A stretch of 64,000 nt of DNA, taken from NCBI GenBank assembly GCA_007376185.1, contig VMFS01000001.1, positions 10,768-74,767 on the forward strand, read 5' to 3'. Shown here piece after piece: positions 1 through 9,858 of the stretch. Source of the stretch: Parcubacteria group bacterium Gr01-1014_30. Its GTDB lineage: Bacteria; Patescibacteriota; Minisyncoccia; Minisyncoccales; 2-12-FULL-40-12. A program made the translations under genes and the position numbers. Positions within the stretch are counted from its first letter, which is position 1; each line of letters opens with the position of its first letter. The notes beneath the pieces were generated by a model. That model had not been told where the DNA came from and did not search any database. It saw only the letters and a list, made by a program, of their open reading frames with translations.

Positions 1-1020
1 AGAAGGGTAAAGGTGCTGGTAAGGTTTCAACGCCTGGTAAATTTTTTCGCCTTTTCTGACCTTCTCGGCGGCATCTGCCATTGCCTCTCTGAAGTAAAAG
101 TTACCCAAAGACCTGGAAATAATCTCCAAGCCTCTCACAATCGGTACTCCGGCCTTAATTAGAGAACTCAAAGTTCTTGCCGTGGCCGCGGAATTGATTT
201 TCCTGACAAGGCCGGAAATAACCGGAAACCTCAAAAATAACTTGGCCAGCAGGCGCTTGCCGACTTTTAAGTTGAGGACTAAGCGAAACAAAATAAAAAG
301 CAAAAGCGCCGTCAAAATAAATAAATACCACCTTTGGACCAAGGAAGTTCCCAAAAAAATTACAAACTTGGTGGTAGGAGGAAGTTCAACGCCGAGCTCG
401 TTAAAGGTTTCGGCCAGTTTGGGAATAACCACTACAAGCATAAGCACGCCTACTCCTACCATCGCGGTCAAAACCACTGCGGGGTAAACAGTAGCGCCGG
501 CAATTTTTGATTTCAGCTCGTGTTCTTTTTCCATTTGTTCTGCCAAAACATTGAGAACTTCTTCCAAGGTGCCCGACTCCTCGCCCACTTTTATCATGTT
601 CTGGAAAAGCTCCGGAAAAATTCCCTGGTGGCGAGACAGCGCCTGAAAAAAACTTTCTCCTGTGGTTATTTGGTGGGCGATGTCCAGCAAAGCGGCTTTG
701 AACTTTTTTCTTTTTGTTTGTTCAGCAAGTATCCGCAAAGCCCGCGGCAGAGATATGCCCGAAGCCACCATCACCCTTAAATTTCTGGTAAAGAACATTT
801 TCTCCTTCAGCCCCACTCCTCCGAAAATCGGCAGCAAAGAGTTCAGTTTTTTAAAAAAGGCGGCGGCCGACCTCCTCTCTTCTTCTTCCAATACTGCTTT
901 AACCAAAAGCCAGCCCTCCTCTCTTAAAACTTTGGACAACTCTTTCTCGTCTTTAGCTTCCAGGAAACCCGACTTTTGCTCCCCATTTTGTGACCTGGCC
1001 GTGTAAAAATACTTTGGCAT
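1..1020 (-). CDS. pilC: Type IV pilus/T2SS platform protein (PilC/GspF), runs off the window start
   Basis: Manual translation from ATG 1020: MPKYFYTARSQNGEQKSG...FTRNLRVMVASGISLPRAL...MIKVGEESGTLEEVL...GATVYPAVV; T2SSF motifs. Confidence 0.9.
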   Translation of the reverse strand, partial: MPKYFYTARSQNGEQKSGFLEAKDEKELSKVLREEGWLLVKAVLEEEERRSAAAFFKKLNSLLPIFGGVGLKEKMFFTRNLRVMVASGISLPRALRILAEQTKRKKFKAALLDIAHQITTGESFFQALSRHQGIFPELFQNMIKVGEESGTLEEVLNVLAEQMEKEHELKSKIAGATVYPAVVLTAMVGVGVLMLVVVIPKLAETFNELGVELPPTTKFVIFLGTSLVQRWYLFILTALLLFILFRLVLNLKVGKRLLAKLFLRFPVISGLVRKINSAATARTLSSLIKAGVPIVRGLEIISRSLGNFYFREAMADAAEKVRKGEKIYQALKPYQHLYPS

Positions 1021-1029
1021 CCCCGTATA

Positions 1030-2058
1030 TTATTTTTCTCTGTCCATAACGAAGTCGGCGAGTTTAAACAAAAGGCCTCGCCAGACGTTATCGGGCAAAC
1101 CTCTGAGCTCTTTTTTGGCTTTCTCTAAGAAACCCCTTGCCAAAAAATCCGACTCTTTTCTGCTATTGGTTTTGGCTATCATAGCTATTCCTTTTTTAAC
1201 GTCTTTTGCGGTTACTTTGCCTTTTCTCAATATAGCCAAAAAGTTTTTTTTGTCGGCGGAACTAAACTCTCTGAAACTTTTCAAAATGACGATGTTCCCG
1301 AGCTTTCTTTCCACTATGTCGCCGCCAATGACTTTACCAAATGTTTCTTGTTTACCGAAAATATCCAAGATGTCGTCTTTAATCTGAAACACCAGTCCCA
1401 AATTAAATCCGTACTTTCTTAAAGACGCCAAATCTTTCTTGCTAGCTCCAGCGGCCATCGCGCCCAAAGCGCAGCACGTTCCAAACAAATGCGCTGTTTT
1501 TCCCCCTACCATCATAAAGTAATCTTTTTCGGTTACCTTATAATACCTATTTTCGACAACGTAGGGCTCATCCTCTCTCCCTGACTGTTCAAAGAGAATG
1601 TCCATAATTTCGCCGTCCATAACCGCTTTTAAACTTTCGGCAAAAAGCTCCGCCACTTCAGCCGGCCTTTTTACTTTAGCGGCCGCTTGAAAAGCTGACG
1701 CCGCAAAAGCCCAAGAAACGCATTCAGCAATTGACCTGCCAAACTTGGACCAAACCGTGGGGCTTCCCCTTCTTAAAGTGCTGTTGTCAATAATGTCGTC
1801 TATAATAAGAGTGTAGTTATGCAGTATCTCCAAGCCCGCTGCCTGGCGCAAAACGTCTTTGGTTTTGCCGCCAAGCATTCTGCAGCTGACTATGGCCAAA
1901 ACAGGTCGCAACCTTTTGCCTCCGGTCAAAAAGTGATACTTAACAAGCCCTTGATGCTTTTTATCAACAAAAGAAGCCAAAACTTCCTTGATATAAGAAT
2001 CAATAACTTTGCTGAATTTTCTCAGCGCAAAATCTAACTTTTTAAAACCCCTGCGCAT
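1030..2058 (-). CDS. Polyprenyl diphosphate synthase (GGPP-synthase-like)
   Basis: GGKRLRP, DDIID, RRG and QIKDD motifs. Confidence 0.92.
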   Translation of the reverse strand: MRRGFKKLDFALRKFSKVIDSYIKEVLASFVDKKHQGLVKYHFLTGGKRLRPVLAIVSCRMLGGKTKDVLRQAAGLEILHNYTLIIDDIIDNSTLRRGSPTVWSKFGRSIAECVSWAFAASAFQAAAKVKRPAEVAELFAESLKAVMDGEIMDILFEQSGREDEPYVVENRYYKVTEKDYFMMVGGKTAHLFGTCCALGAMAAGASKKDLASLRKYGFNLGLVFQIKDDILDIFGKQETFGKVIGGDIVERKLGNIVILKSFREFSSADKKNFLAILRKGKVTAKDVKKGIAMIAKTNSRKESDFLARGFLEKAKKELRGLPDNVWRGLLFKLADFVMDREK

Positions 2059-2357
2059 TTACTTATATTAACAACTTAATTCACAAATTAAAAGAGAGAG
2101 AGGCTTGGCAAGACTTAGGGTTGACAAGATTTCTTGGGCTGATATAGTAAGAGGTGCAAAAGCAATGGAAAAAATGTCTATGGCAGAAAAGGAAATTTCC
2201 CTTTGCAGAACTTTTGTTAAAAATATCCTCGGGGGAATCGTTTTTGGCATTCACGCCTTGACCTTCGCCAAAATGATTCGTTGACGGGGACTGACCAAAA
2301 GTTTATATTTCAAGTTAGTCCCCTCAAAAAAGGGGATTTTTTGACCCCCACAGTAAA

Positions 2358-2837
2358 ATGACGGACGAAAAAATTTTTTACCTAACTAAAAAGGGGTTGG
2401 AAAAAGTGAGGCGGGAGTATGCAGAACTCAGAAAGCTTCGTTTAGCCAAGACGAAAGGAGACGTGCCCAGAATTTTGCAGTCAGAGGACGTAAACCCGGA
2501 ATACCTATCTTTCCAGGAGGACTTGGGCTTTTTGGAAATAAGAATAGCCGAACTGGAAAACATCCTGAAAAACACCAGGATGATTAAAATTCCGCCCAAA
2601 GAAAAAAGAGAGGCCGTCAACTTGGGAGCCACGGTAACTTTAGAAGAGCAAGACGGCAAGGTTAACGAGTTTATGATTGTGGGAACTTTGGAGGCCAATC
2701 CTATTCAAGGTAAAATATCTTCGGAGTCGCCCGTGGGCAAAGAACTCTTAGGGAAGCTGGTCGGCGACCAGGTAACCATTTCTTCCCCAGTAAAGGTTGT
2801 TTACAAGATTAAGAAAATAAAGTACCAGCTTTCATAA
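2358..2837 (+). CDS. greA: GreA/GreB family transcription elongation factor
   Basis: YLTKKG N-terminus, coiled coil, IVGTLEANP..GKISSESPVGKELLG. Confidence 0.88.
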   Translation: MTDEKIFYLTKKGLEKVRREYAELRKLRLAKTKGDVPRILQSEDVNPEYLSFQEDLGFLEIRIAELENILKNTRMIKIPPKEKREAVNLGATVTLEEQDGKVNEFMIVGTLEANPIQGKISSESPVGKELLGKLVGDQVTISSPVKVVYKIKKIKYQLS

Positions 2838-2852
2838 CGCTTTATTACTCAT

Positions 2853-4004
2853 ATGAAAGGCGTTCTTGATTTTTTAATCGCGGCAAAGCAATTAACGGAA
2901 AAACCGAGGGCTGGATGGGTCGCCAGAAGAGTCCAAAGTCCGGAAACAACCGCCGAACATATGTTCAGAGTCGCCTTCATGGCTTATATTTTGGGAAGCA
3001 AAAAAGGGCTCAGATTAAAGAACTGCTTAAAAGAAGCCGTTTTAAGCGACTTTCCTGAAACTAAAAGGGGCTCTGACGATTTTTTGAGGGCGAAAAACTC
3101 TTTGGCAAAATTAACTGCTCCTTTAAGAGAAGACCTTCAGCGCGAAATCACTCTAAGATGGCTGGAGTCAGAAAAAGAAATTTCCAAGGAAGGAAAATTT
3201 GTCGCGCAGCTGGACTTGGTGGAAAACTTGATTCAAGCTTTAGAATATCTCGGTTCAGGAGGCAGCCGGGATTTTCTTGAGTTTGCAGAGAAAAAAGTTG
3301 ACGACCCGCTTTTGAAGAATTTTCTGGAAGTAATCAAAAAAAAGTTTTACGGCGCGAAAAGCGCCAAAAAGCAAAAAGAATTAAAGAACATTCTGGAGTT
3401 CTTGCTGCAAGTCGGCAAGTTAAAAAGGATGGGCAGATTGTATTGGAAGTTGAGAAACATTAAAAATCCGGAAACCGTTGCCGACCATATCTATACCCTA
3501 ACTTTAGCCGCTTGGCTTTTGGCTGCTGGCAGAAAAGAGCTGAGTTTGGAAAAACTGCTCAAAATGTCGCTTTGCCACGAACTGTCAGCCGTTTATACGG
3601 GCGATACCACGCCTTACGACAGGATTTTAAGAGAAGGCGGTACGGAAAAAAGGGAAGAAATATTAAAAAGAGTGATTCGCCTTTCAAAAAAGGAGAAAGA
3701 AAGCATTTTTATTCAGGACTACAAGCAGGAAAAAAGGTCTCTGGAAAAACTCGTGCACTCTCTCGCCCCGCACTTGGCGAAAGAAATAATCAAACTATGG
3801 CAAGAATACAGAACCAAGAGCTCGCAGGAAGGAAGATTTCTGTCACAGCTCAATGTCGCGGTGATGTTGCTCCAGGGGCTCATCTACGAAAAGAAGTACG
3901 ACAATTTTTCAGCGGCTCCACTTTGGGAGTTGGCTTTTGAAATTTCTGACCACACCTTGATCTTGAAGTTTCTTGACGAAATGAAGCAAAAATTCTACAC
4001 CTAA
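2853..4004 (+). CDS. Tandem HD-domain hydrolase (YfbR/HDDC2-like)
   Basis: Two repeats: PRAGW..PETTAEHMFR and RLYW..PETVADH..LCHEL...GD. Confidence 0.8.
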   Translation: MKGVLDFLIAAKQLTEKPRAGWVARRVQSPETTAEHMFRVAFMAYILGSKKGLRLKNCLKEAVLSDFPETKRGSDDFLRAKNSLAKLTAPLREDLQREITLRWLESEKEISKEGKFVAQLDLVENLIQALEYLGSGGSRDFLEFAEKKVDDPLLKNFLEVIKKKFYGAKSAKKQKELKNILEFLLQVGKLKRMGRLYWKLRNIKNPETVADHIYTLTLAAWLLAAGRKELSLEKLLKMSLCHELSAVYTGDTTPYDRILREGGTEKREEILKRVIRLSKKEKESIFIQDYKQEKRSLEKLVHSLAPHLAKEIIKLWQEYRTKSSQEGRFLSQLNVAVMLLQGLIYEKKYDNFSAAPLWELAFEISDHTLILKFLDEMKQKFYT

Positions 4005-4089
4005 AATAGTTTTTATCCTGTCAAAATCGGCCCTAAAATAAAAAGCGGGGTTGCACCCCTGCTTTTGTTTTTGAGGTGAGTGGGATAAA

Positions 4090-4175
4090 ACCCCGCACCT
4101 TTTCACGTTTTGTATTATATCTCAATAATCCAAACAAAACCTTTTATTTCGTTGACCAAAGAAAAGGTGCGGGGT
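4090..4175. repeat. Inverted-repeat element, CCCCG...CGGGG family
   Basis: ACCCCGCACCTTTT ... AAAAGGTGCGGGGT. Confidence 0.8.
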
Positions 4176-4189
4176 AAAATAGAAAAACA

Positions 4190-4600
4190 ATGAAGTTCTC
4201 AGTTTCAACAGAGGGACACAACCACGTTATTGACATCACCGACAAGGTTTCGGAGTTTGTAGAAAAGTTTGGGGTCAAGGACGGCTTTGTTTTGATTTCC
4301 TGCCCCGGGTCAACGGTTGGCATCACGACTCTTGAGGCGGAACCGAACTTGATTGAGGACTTGCGAGAGTTTTTGGAGAAACTGGTTCCTGCAGATAAAA
4401 AGTACCGGCACGCCCAAACCTGGGGCGACGACAACGCGCCCTCGCACATCAGATCGGCCTTAATTCCGCCTTCTCTAACTGTGCCTATCGAGAACAGAAA
4501 ATTGGTTTTGGGCCAATGGCAAAACATTGTTTTAATTGACTTTGACAATCGTCCGAGACAAAGGGAAATTTATGTTCAAGTCAGTAAACAAAGTAATTAA
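4190..4600 (+). CDS. yjbQ: YjbQ/UPF0047 family protein
   Basis: DIT, YRH..WGDDNAPSHIRS, LGQWQNI.LIDFD..PRQR. Confidence 0.9.
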   Translation: MKFSVSTEGHNHVIDITDKVSEFVEKFGVKDGFVLISCPGSTVGITTLEAEPNLIEDLREFLEKLVPADKKYRHAQTWGDDNAPSHIRSALIPPSLTVPIENRKLVLGQWQNIVLIDFDNRPRQREIYVQVSKQSN

Positions 4601-5186
4601 AACTCTGGTCTTTTACGACCTTATTCTGCTCTTTGGCTGGGGACTTGTCGTGCCTATTGTCGCGATTTTCATCGTCGAAAACATCAAAGGAGGCAACGCT
4701 CAGGTTGCGGGAGTGGCTATTGGCGTCTACTGGCTCTTAAAATCCGCGTTGCAAGTGCCCATAGCCAACTACTTGGACAAAAATCACGGCGAGAGAGATG
4801 ATTATTACTTTTTGGTAGGCGGAACTATCTTAGCGAGCTTAACTCCTGTTGGTTTTATTTTTGCTTCCCTACCATGGCATATTTATCTTTTACAGGCGTT
4901 GCACGCTTTGGGAATGGCAGCTGCCGTGCCTGCTTGGGCCGGAATCTTTACAAGACACATTAACAGAGGAAAAGAAGCCCAAAGCTGGGCTTTGGACAGT
5001 TCGGCCGTGGGTATTGGCATGGGGGCGTCTGGCATTGTAGGAGGCGCCATAGCAGAAGTTTTTGGCTTTACTCCGGTTTTTATTCTCGTTGGTATCTTGG
5101 GCATAATTTCTGCCTTGCTGCTTTTCCTAATCAAAGAAGACCTTTCGCCCAAAGGAAAAGTATTTCCTATGCCAAAACCGCAGTAA
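4572..5186 (+). CDS. Half-size MFS-type membrane protein
   Basis: About 6 TM helices with an MFS-like loop motif; probable start ATG 4572. Confidence 0.7.
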   Translation: MFKSVNKVIKTLVFYDLILLFGWGLVVPIVAIFIVENIKGGNAQVAGVAIGVYWLLKSALQVPIANYLDKNHGERDDYYFLVGGTILASLTPVGFIFASLPWHIYLLQALHALGMAAAVPAWAGIFTRHINRGKEAQSWALDSSAVGIGMGASGIVGGAIAEVFGFTPVFILVGILGIISALLLFLIKEDLSPKGKVFPMPKPQ

Positions 5187-5187
5187 G

Positions 5188-6933
5188 ATGAAAAATCAGG
5201 AAATAGCCAACATTTTTTACGAGATAGCTGATTTTCTGGAAATGGAAAGAGTGGCTTTCAGGCCCCAGGCTTATAAAAAAGCTGCCCTAACTTTGGAAGC
5301 GATGGAAAAAGACGTGGCGGATGTTTACAAAGAAGGCGGCCGGGCCGCATTGGAAAATATTCCCGGAGTGGGCAAGGGAATTTCAGAAAGGATTGAAGAA
5401 TATTTAAGAACCGGAAAAATAAAGTACTTGGAGCAGTTAAAGAAAAAGACGCCCGTCAACATAGAAGAAATGATAAAAGTTGAAGGACTGGGTCCGAAAA
5501 AAGTGAAAGTTCTTTTTGAAAAGTTGGGGGTAAGAAACTTAAATGACCTGGAAAAGGCGGCCAGAGCTCACAAAGTAGCTCCCCTTTTTGGTTTTGGCGA
5601 AAAGACCGAAAAAAACATTTTGGAAGGCATAGAGTTTTTGAAAAGAAGCAAAGGCAGGTTTTTGCTTGGCGAAATTTTACCCATGGTTTCAGAAATCAAA
5701 GAAAAATTGGAGAAACTGACGGAAGTTGAGCGCGTTGACTACTGCGGCTCAATAAGGAGAATGAAAGAAACAATCGGCGACGTTGACTTTTTGGTGATTT
5801 CAAAAAATCCAGAGAAAGTTATGGATTTTTTCGTTTCTTTGCCCGGCGTCGTCAAGGTCTGGGGTAAAGGAAAGACAAAAGCGTCCGTAAGAGTGAAAGA
5901 CGGCTACGACATGGATATAAGGGTGGTGCCAGAGCGGGTTTACGGCTCTGCCTTCCAGTACTTTACCGGCTCAAAAGAACACAACATCGTTACCAGAAAA
6001 ATTGCCATAGACAAAGGTCTAAAACTTTCAGAATACGGCCTTTTTCGCGGCTCAAGGACTGTTGTGGGCAAAACAGAGGAGGAAATTTACAAAGCGCTTG
6101 GCATGGTCTGCCCACCCCCAGAAATAAGAGAAAATCAAGGCGAGATTGAAGCCGCCCTTCGCCAAGCTCAGGGAAAACCTAACGGATTGCCAAAACTGGT
6201 TGAACTCGATGACGTTAAAGGAGACCTGCACACTCACTCTGACTGGAACGGAGGGAAAAACTCCATTGAAGAAATGGCAAAAGCCGCCCAAAATATGGGT
6301 TATGAGTACATAGGAATAGCTGACCACACCAAGTTTTTGCGAATTGAAAAAGGACTAAATGAAAAACAACTGGAACAACGCAATAAGGAAATAGAAAAAC
6401 TAAATTCTAGATTCCAGATTCAAAATTCTAGATTCCGCATACTCAAGGGGTGCGAGGCGAATATAATGAATGACGGTTCAATTGACATTAAAGACGAGGC
6501 CTTGGCAAAACTTGACTACGTCATTGCCGGAGTTCACTCCAACTTCAAAATGGAAAAAGATAAAATGACGGAGAGAATGATGAGAGCAATGAAAAGTCCT
6601 CACGTTGACGTAATTTCCCACCCTACGGGACGTTTAATTAAAAAACGTGATGAGTACCAAATCGACATGGAAAAAATTTTTAGGGTGGCTAAAGAAACCG
6701 GCACGATTCTAGAAATAAACGCTCATCCCGAAAGATTGGACTTAAACGACCAAAACGTCCGCCGCGCCAAGGACCTCGGAGTCAAAATGATAATCAACAC
6801 CGACTCCCATCACAAAGACCAGTTAAGATTTATGAAGTTTGGGGTAGCGCAAGCCCGCCGCGGCTGGGCCGAAAAAGAAGACATAATAAATACGCAACCG
6901 TTAGAGAAATTGCTGAGATGCTTTAAAAATTAA
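5188..6933 (+). CDS. polX: DNA polymerase X with C-terminal PHP domain
   Basis: HhH IPGVGK, GSIRR..ETIGDVD, FTGSKEHN, DLHTHS, NTDSH. Confidence 0.95.
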   Translation: MKNQEIANIFYEIADFLEMERVAFRPQAYKKAALTLEAMEKDVADVYKEGGRAALENIPGVGKGISERIEEYLRTGKIKYLEQLKKKTPVNIEEMIKVEGLGPKKVKVLFEKLGVRNLNDLEKAARAHKVAPLFGFGEKTEKNILEGIEFLKRSKGRFLLGEILPMVSEIKEKLEKLTEVERVDYCGSIRRMKETIGDVDFLVISKNPEKVMDFFVSLPGVVKVWGKGKTKASVRVKDGYDMDIRVVPERVYGSAFQYFTGSKEHNIVTRKIAIDKGLKLSEYGLFRGSRTVVGKTEEEIYKALGMVCPPPEIRENQGEIEAALRQAQGKPNGLPKLVELDDVKGDLHTHSDWNGGKNSIEEMAKAAQNMGYEYIGIADHTKFLRIEKGLNEKQLEQRNKEIEKLNSRFQIQNSRFRILKGCEANIMNDGSIDIKDEALAKLDYVIAGVHSNFKMEKDKMTERMMRAMKSPHVDVISHPTGRLIKKRDEYQIDMEKIFRVAKETGTILEINAHPERLDLNDQNVRRAKDLGVKMIINTDSHHKDQLRFMKFGVAQARRGWAEKEDIINTQPLEKLLRCFKN

Positions 6934-7119
6934 CCTAATTGACCTAATTATTCTAATCAAATACCGAATCTCGCAAAGCGAGGCGAGGGGGGAGATGAAA
7001 CGAAGTTTCAGCGACCGCCAATGTCTAATACCAGAATGCCAAAAAACGTTTAGACATTAGACATTCAGGTATTAGTATTTGATTAGGTTAATTGGAAATT
7101 AGAATAATTAGAATAATTT
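6929..7119. repeat. Periodic inverted-repeat element (empty form) with a nested GCGAGGCG...TTCAGCGA repeat
   Basis: CTAATT-rich left arm, AATTAG-rich right arm, centre ATGCCAAAAAAC|GTTTAGAC. Confidence 0.7.
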
Positions 7120-7126
7120 ATCACAT

Positions 7127-7588
7127 ATGCCGGTAGAGAAATCGGCCGGCGCCGTAGTTTTCCGGCGCGAAGGCGAAAATATAAAATACTTGCTCTTGCA
7201 TTATCCGTCTCTAGCTCAATCTGCAAAATCAAGAACCCAAAAAAGTTATTGGGACTTCCCGAAGGGCCACATTGAAAAAGGAGAAAAGGAAATTGATACG
7301 GCCAGACGTGAAGTTAGCGAAGAAACCGGACTGATCGACGTCAAGTTTATTGAAAAATTTAAATCAGTAATAAGATATTTTTTCAGATTTAAGGGGGAAA
7401 ACATTTTAAAGTTCGTTACTTTTTATTTGGCTCAAACCAAAACAAGCGAAGTAAAAATTTCTGAAGAGCATTTGGACTATGACTGGCTGCGCTACGAGGA
7501 AGCGATTGAAAAATTAAAGTTTAAAAACGCCAAAGACGTTCTCAAAGCAGCCAACGAGTTTTTAACACGCAATGAAGCAAAACAATAA
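7127..7588 (+). CDS. NUDIX hydrolase (Ap4A hydrolase-like)
   Basis: WDFPKGHIEKGE..IDTARREVSEETG Nudix box; SEEH. Confidence 0.9.
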   Translation: MPVEKSAGAVVFRREGENIKYLLLHYPSLAQSAKSRTQKSYWDFPKGHIEKGEKEIDTARREVSEETGLIDVKFIEKFKSVIRYFFRFKGENILKFVTFYLAQTKTSEVKISEEHLDYDWLRYEEAIEKLKFKNAKDVLKAANEFLTRNEAKQ

Positions 7589-8552
7589 CAAATACCCCGG
7601 TAGTGGAAGTTTGGCAAATCGCCAAGGGCGGCAAAATGGATTTTTGCGGAGCAAAAATCACAGCCGAACTTCTACTACCGGGTACGTTATCGGAGTTGAC
7701 GGGGGCGGAACAAAGACGATTGCCGCCCTAGCCAACTTGCAAGGCAAAATTTTAAAAATGGGTAAATCCGGCGCTTCCAGTCCGAGAAATGTTGGAATTG
7801 AAAAAACCGCCAGGAATGTTGCCAAAGCAGTCAAGAAAGTCTTACCAAAAGAGAGAAGAAAAGTCCTGTCCATTTTTGTCGGCTTGCCCGCCGTACAAGA
7901 GGAGTTTGAGTCAAAAGTTATGGAGATAAAAAAAATAATCTCGCGGCAAGTTAAGGGAAAGTTAGCCGTGGGTTCTGACCAACTGGTGGCTTTCAGGTCG
8001 GGAACCGACAGCAAAGACGGCATAGTCTTGATAGCCGGGACCGGCTGCGTGGCCCACGGCTGGAAAGGCAAGAAAGAACATAAAAGCTCTGGCTGGGGCT
8101 GGCTGGCCGATGAGGGCTCTGGTTTTTGGATAGGCCAAAGAGTTTTTCAAGCGGCTTTCAGGGACTTTGACGGCAGAGGACCAAAGACATCTTTGAAGGT
8201 TCCTATTAAAAAAATATATGCAATATATGCGCAAAATTTTGTTAAAGAAGTTTCTTCGCTTTCAATAATATGCGACCAACGCGCCCGCAAAGGCGACAAG
8301 GTTTCAAAACTCATCTTAACGGAGGCAGGCAGAGAGCTGGCTGAAAGCGTCAAAACCGTAGTAAAAAAACTGAATTTGGCAAAAAACGCATTCCCTTTAG
8401 TTTTGATTGGTAGCGTTTTAAAATCAAAAATTGTTTTGGAGCAACTAAAAAGGGGGGTTAAAAAGTACTACCCAAAGGTTCAGTTTGTTCAACCAGAAAA
8501 AGAGCCGGTAACAGGAGCTGTAAAACTAGCCATAGAGCAAATAAGGAGCTAA
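7572..8552 (+). CDS. BadF/BadG/BcrA/BcrD ATPase (N-acetylglucosamine kinase-like)
   Basis: GVDGGGTKT, IAGTG, GWGWLADEGSGFWIG. Confidence 0.88.
   Translation: MKQNNNKYPGSGSLANRQGRQNGFLRSKNHSRTSTTGYVIGVDGGGTKTIAALANLQGKILKMGKSGASSPRNVGIEKTARNVAKAVKKVLPKERRKVLSIFVGLPAVQEEFESKVMEIKKIISRQVKGKLAVGSDQLVAFRSGTDSKDGIVLIAGTGCVAHGWKGKKEHKSSGWGWLADEGSGFWIGQRVFQAAFRDFDGRGPKTSLKVPIKKIYAIYAQNFVKEVSSLSIICDQRARKGDKVSKLILTEAGRELAESVKTVVKKLNLAKNAFPLVLIGSVLKSKIVLEQLKRGVKKYYPKVQFVQPEKEPVTGAVKLAIEQIRS
7593..7684. repeat. Palindromic element inside the 5' end of the kinase ORF
   Basis: CCCGGTAGTGGAAGTT...AACTTCTACTACCGGG; relatives at about 53271-53345 and 57274-57351. Confidence 0.75.
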
Positions 8553-8554
8553 AT

Positions 8555-8806
8555 ATGCCATCCTTCCAAGAAAAAGTTTTTCAGGTTGTTAAGAAAATCC
8601 CCAAAGGCAAAGTCTTGACTTATAAACAAGTTGCCCAAAAAGCAGGCAGACCATTAGCTTGGCGCGCCGTAGGGAACATTTTAAACAAAAATAAAAACCC
8701 GAAGATTCCTTGTCATCGGGTAATTCGTTCTCACGGCATCCTAGGTGGCTACCGCTCAGGGCCTAGGAAAAAGGCATTCTTATTAAAGAAAGAAGGTGCT
8801 ATTTAA
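8555..8806 (+). CDS. MGMT family O6-alkylguanine DNA alkyltransferase (C-terminal domain only)
   Basis: IPKGKVLTY, RAVG, IPCHRV. Confidence 0.9.
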   Translation: MPSFQEKVFQVVKKIPKGKVLTYKQVAQKAGRPLAWRAVGNILNKNKNPKIPCHRVIRSHGILGGYRSGPRKKAFLLKKEGAI

Positions 8807-9143
8807 CTTTTTCAACTATCTTTTTAAAAATTTCAGGATGGCTTTGAGCCAGAGTTGCCAAAATTTTTCTATCAAGCTCTATTTTATTTCTTTTAAGATA
8901 GTGGACCAGTTTGCTGTAAGAAATCCCAAACTGTTTACAAGCGGCTCCAATCTGTTGTTGCCAAAGCCTCCTAAAGTTTCTTTTTTTTGTTCTCCTGTCG
9001 CGGAAACTGTAAGTCCAAGCATGCAACAGAGCATCCTTTGCCAACCTGTATTTTGCTTTTCTTCCCCAGCGAAAACCTTTTACGTGCGACAATAAGTATT
9101 TCCGGCGCTTGTGCGCCATTTTCCCTCGCTTAACCCTGGCCAT
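8799..9143 (-). CDS. rplT: 50S ribosomal protein L20
   Basis: MARVKRG, RDRR.KKRNFRRLW, LDRKILA. Confidence 0.97.
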   Translation of the reverse strand: MARVKRGKMAHKRRKYLLSHVKGFRWGRKAKYRLAKDALLHAWTYSFRDRRTKKRNFRRLWQQQIGAACKQFGISYSKLVHYLKRNKIELDRKILATLAQSHPEIFKKIVEKVK

Positions 9144-9321
9144 AAATCAACTTTTTAATTTTTTTCGCTTCCCAGCCGGAAACCTCAACCAATTTACGAC
9201 CCTGTCGCACTTTTTTGCCAGATTTTTTTGCACGATAGTGATCCTGACCGGTTCGGCGGCGCAAAACTTTGCCTTTTCTTGTAATCTTGAAACGTTTTAG
9301 TATTGACTTTCTAGTTTTCAT
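9130..9321 (-). CDS. rpmI: 50S ribosomal protein L35
   Basis: MKTRKSILKRFKIT..GK; lies between infC and rplT. Confidence 0.95.
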   Translation of the reverse strand: MKTRKSILKRFKITRKGKVLRRRTGQDHYRAKKSGKKVRQGRKLVEVSGWEAKKIKKLIYGQG

Positions 9322-9833
9322 TATTGCTTCGAAATAATTATTGTAAACCCTCTCGGCTCTCTTTTTAGATCTCTTTCAGTTTTTACCGGAACCACTTTCC
9401 CCAGCATCTCAAGAAACTGCCTTATCTTCTCTTTGCCCTGGTCTCCGAATGCCTTTTCCCGGCCTCTCAAGGGTAACTCTACTCTTACTTTGTCGCCCTT
9501 TTTTAAGAACTTTTCGGCCTGTTGGGCTCTTATTTCCAAGTCGTGCGCGGAAATGTTGAAACTCAATCTGATGCCCTTGAGTTCGCCGGTGTGCTTTGGC
9601 CGGGTAGCTTTTTCTTTCTTTTGGAGGGTGTAAAGGTACTTGCCGTAATCCATCAACTTGCACACAGGCGGTTCAACTTTCTCGGTAACCTGAATTAAAT
9701 CAAGCTTGCGCTCTATGGCAATGTTCGCCGCTTCTTCAAAAGAAACAACTCCTAATTGCTTTCCGGTCTCGTCAATAAGCCGAAGCTCTTTTGCCTTTAT
9801 TTGTCTGTTGACTAATGGTTTTTTCAGCAAAAT
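9321..9833 (-). CDS. infC: Translation initiation factor IF-3
   Basis: PPVCKLMDYGKYLY, FLKKGDKV..LRGRE; in-frame ATT at 9833 precedes TTG 9830. Confidence 0.95.
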   Translation of the reverse strand: MLLKKPLVNRQIKAKELRLIDETGKQLGVVSFEEAANIAIERKLDLIQVTEKVEPPVCKLMDYGKYLYTLQKKEKATRPKHTGELKGIRLSFNISAHDLEIRAQQAEKFLKKGDKVRVELPLRGREKAFGDQGKEKIRQFLEMLGKVVPVKTERDLKREPRGFTIIISKQ

Positions 9834-9858
9834 TGGTTTACCCTGAACTTGTTGAAAA

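Noticed and set aside
182..1006. Plus-strand ORFs at the window start
   Set aside because: Antisense to pilC, which the ORF track missed because it lacks a stop inside the window.
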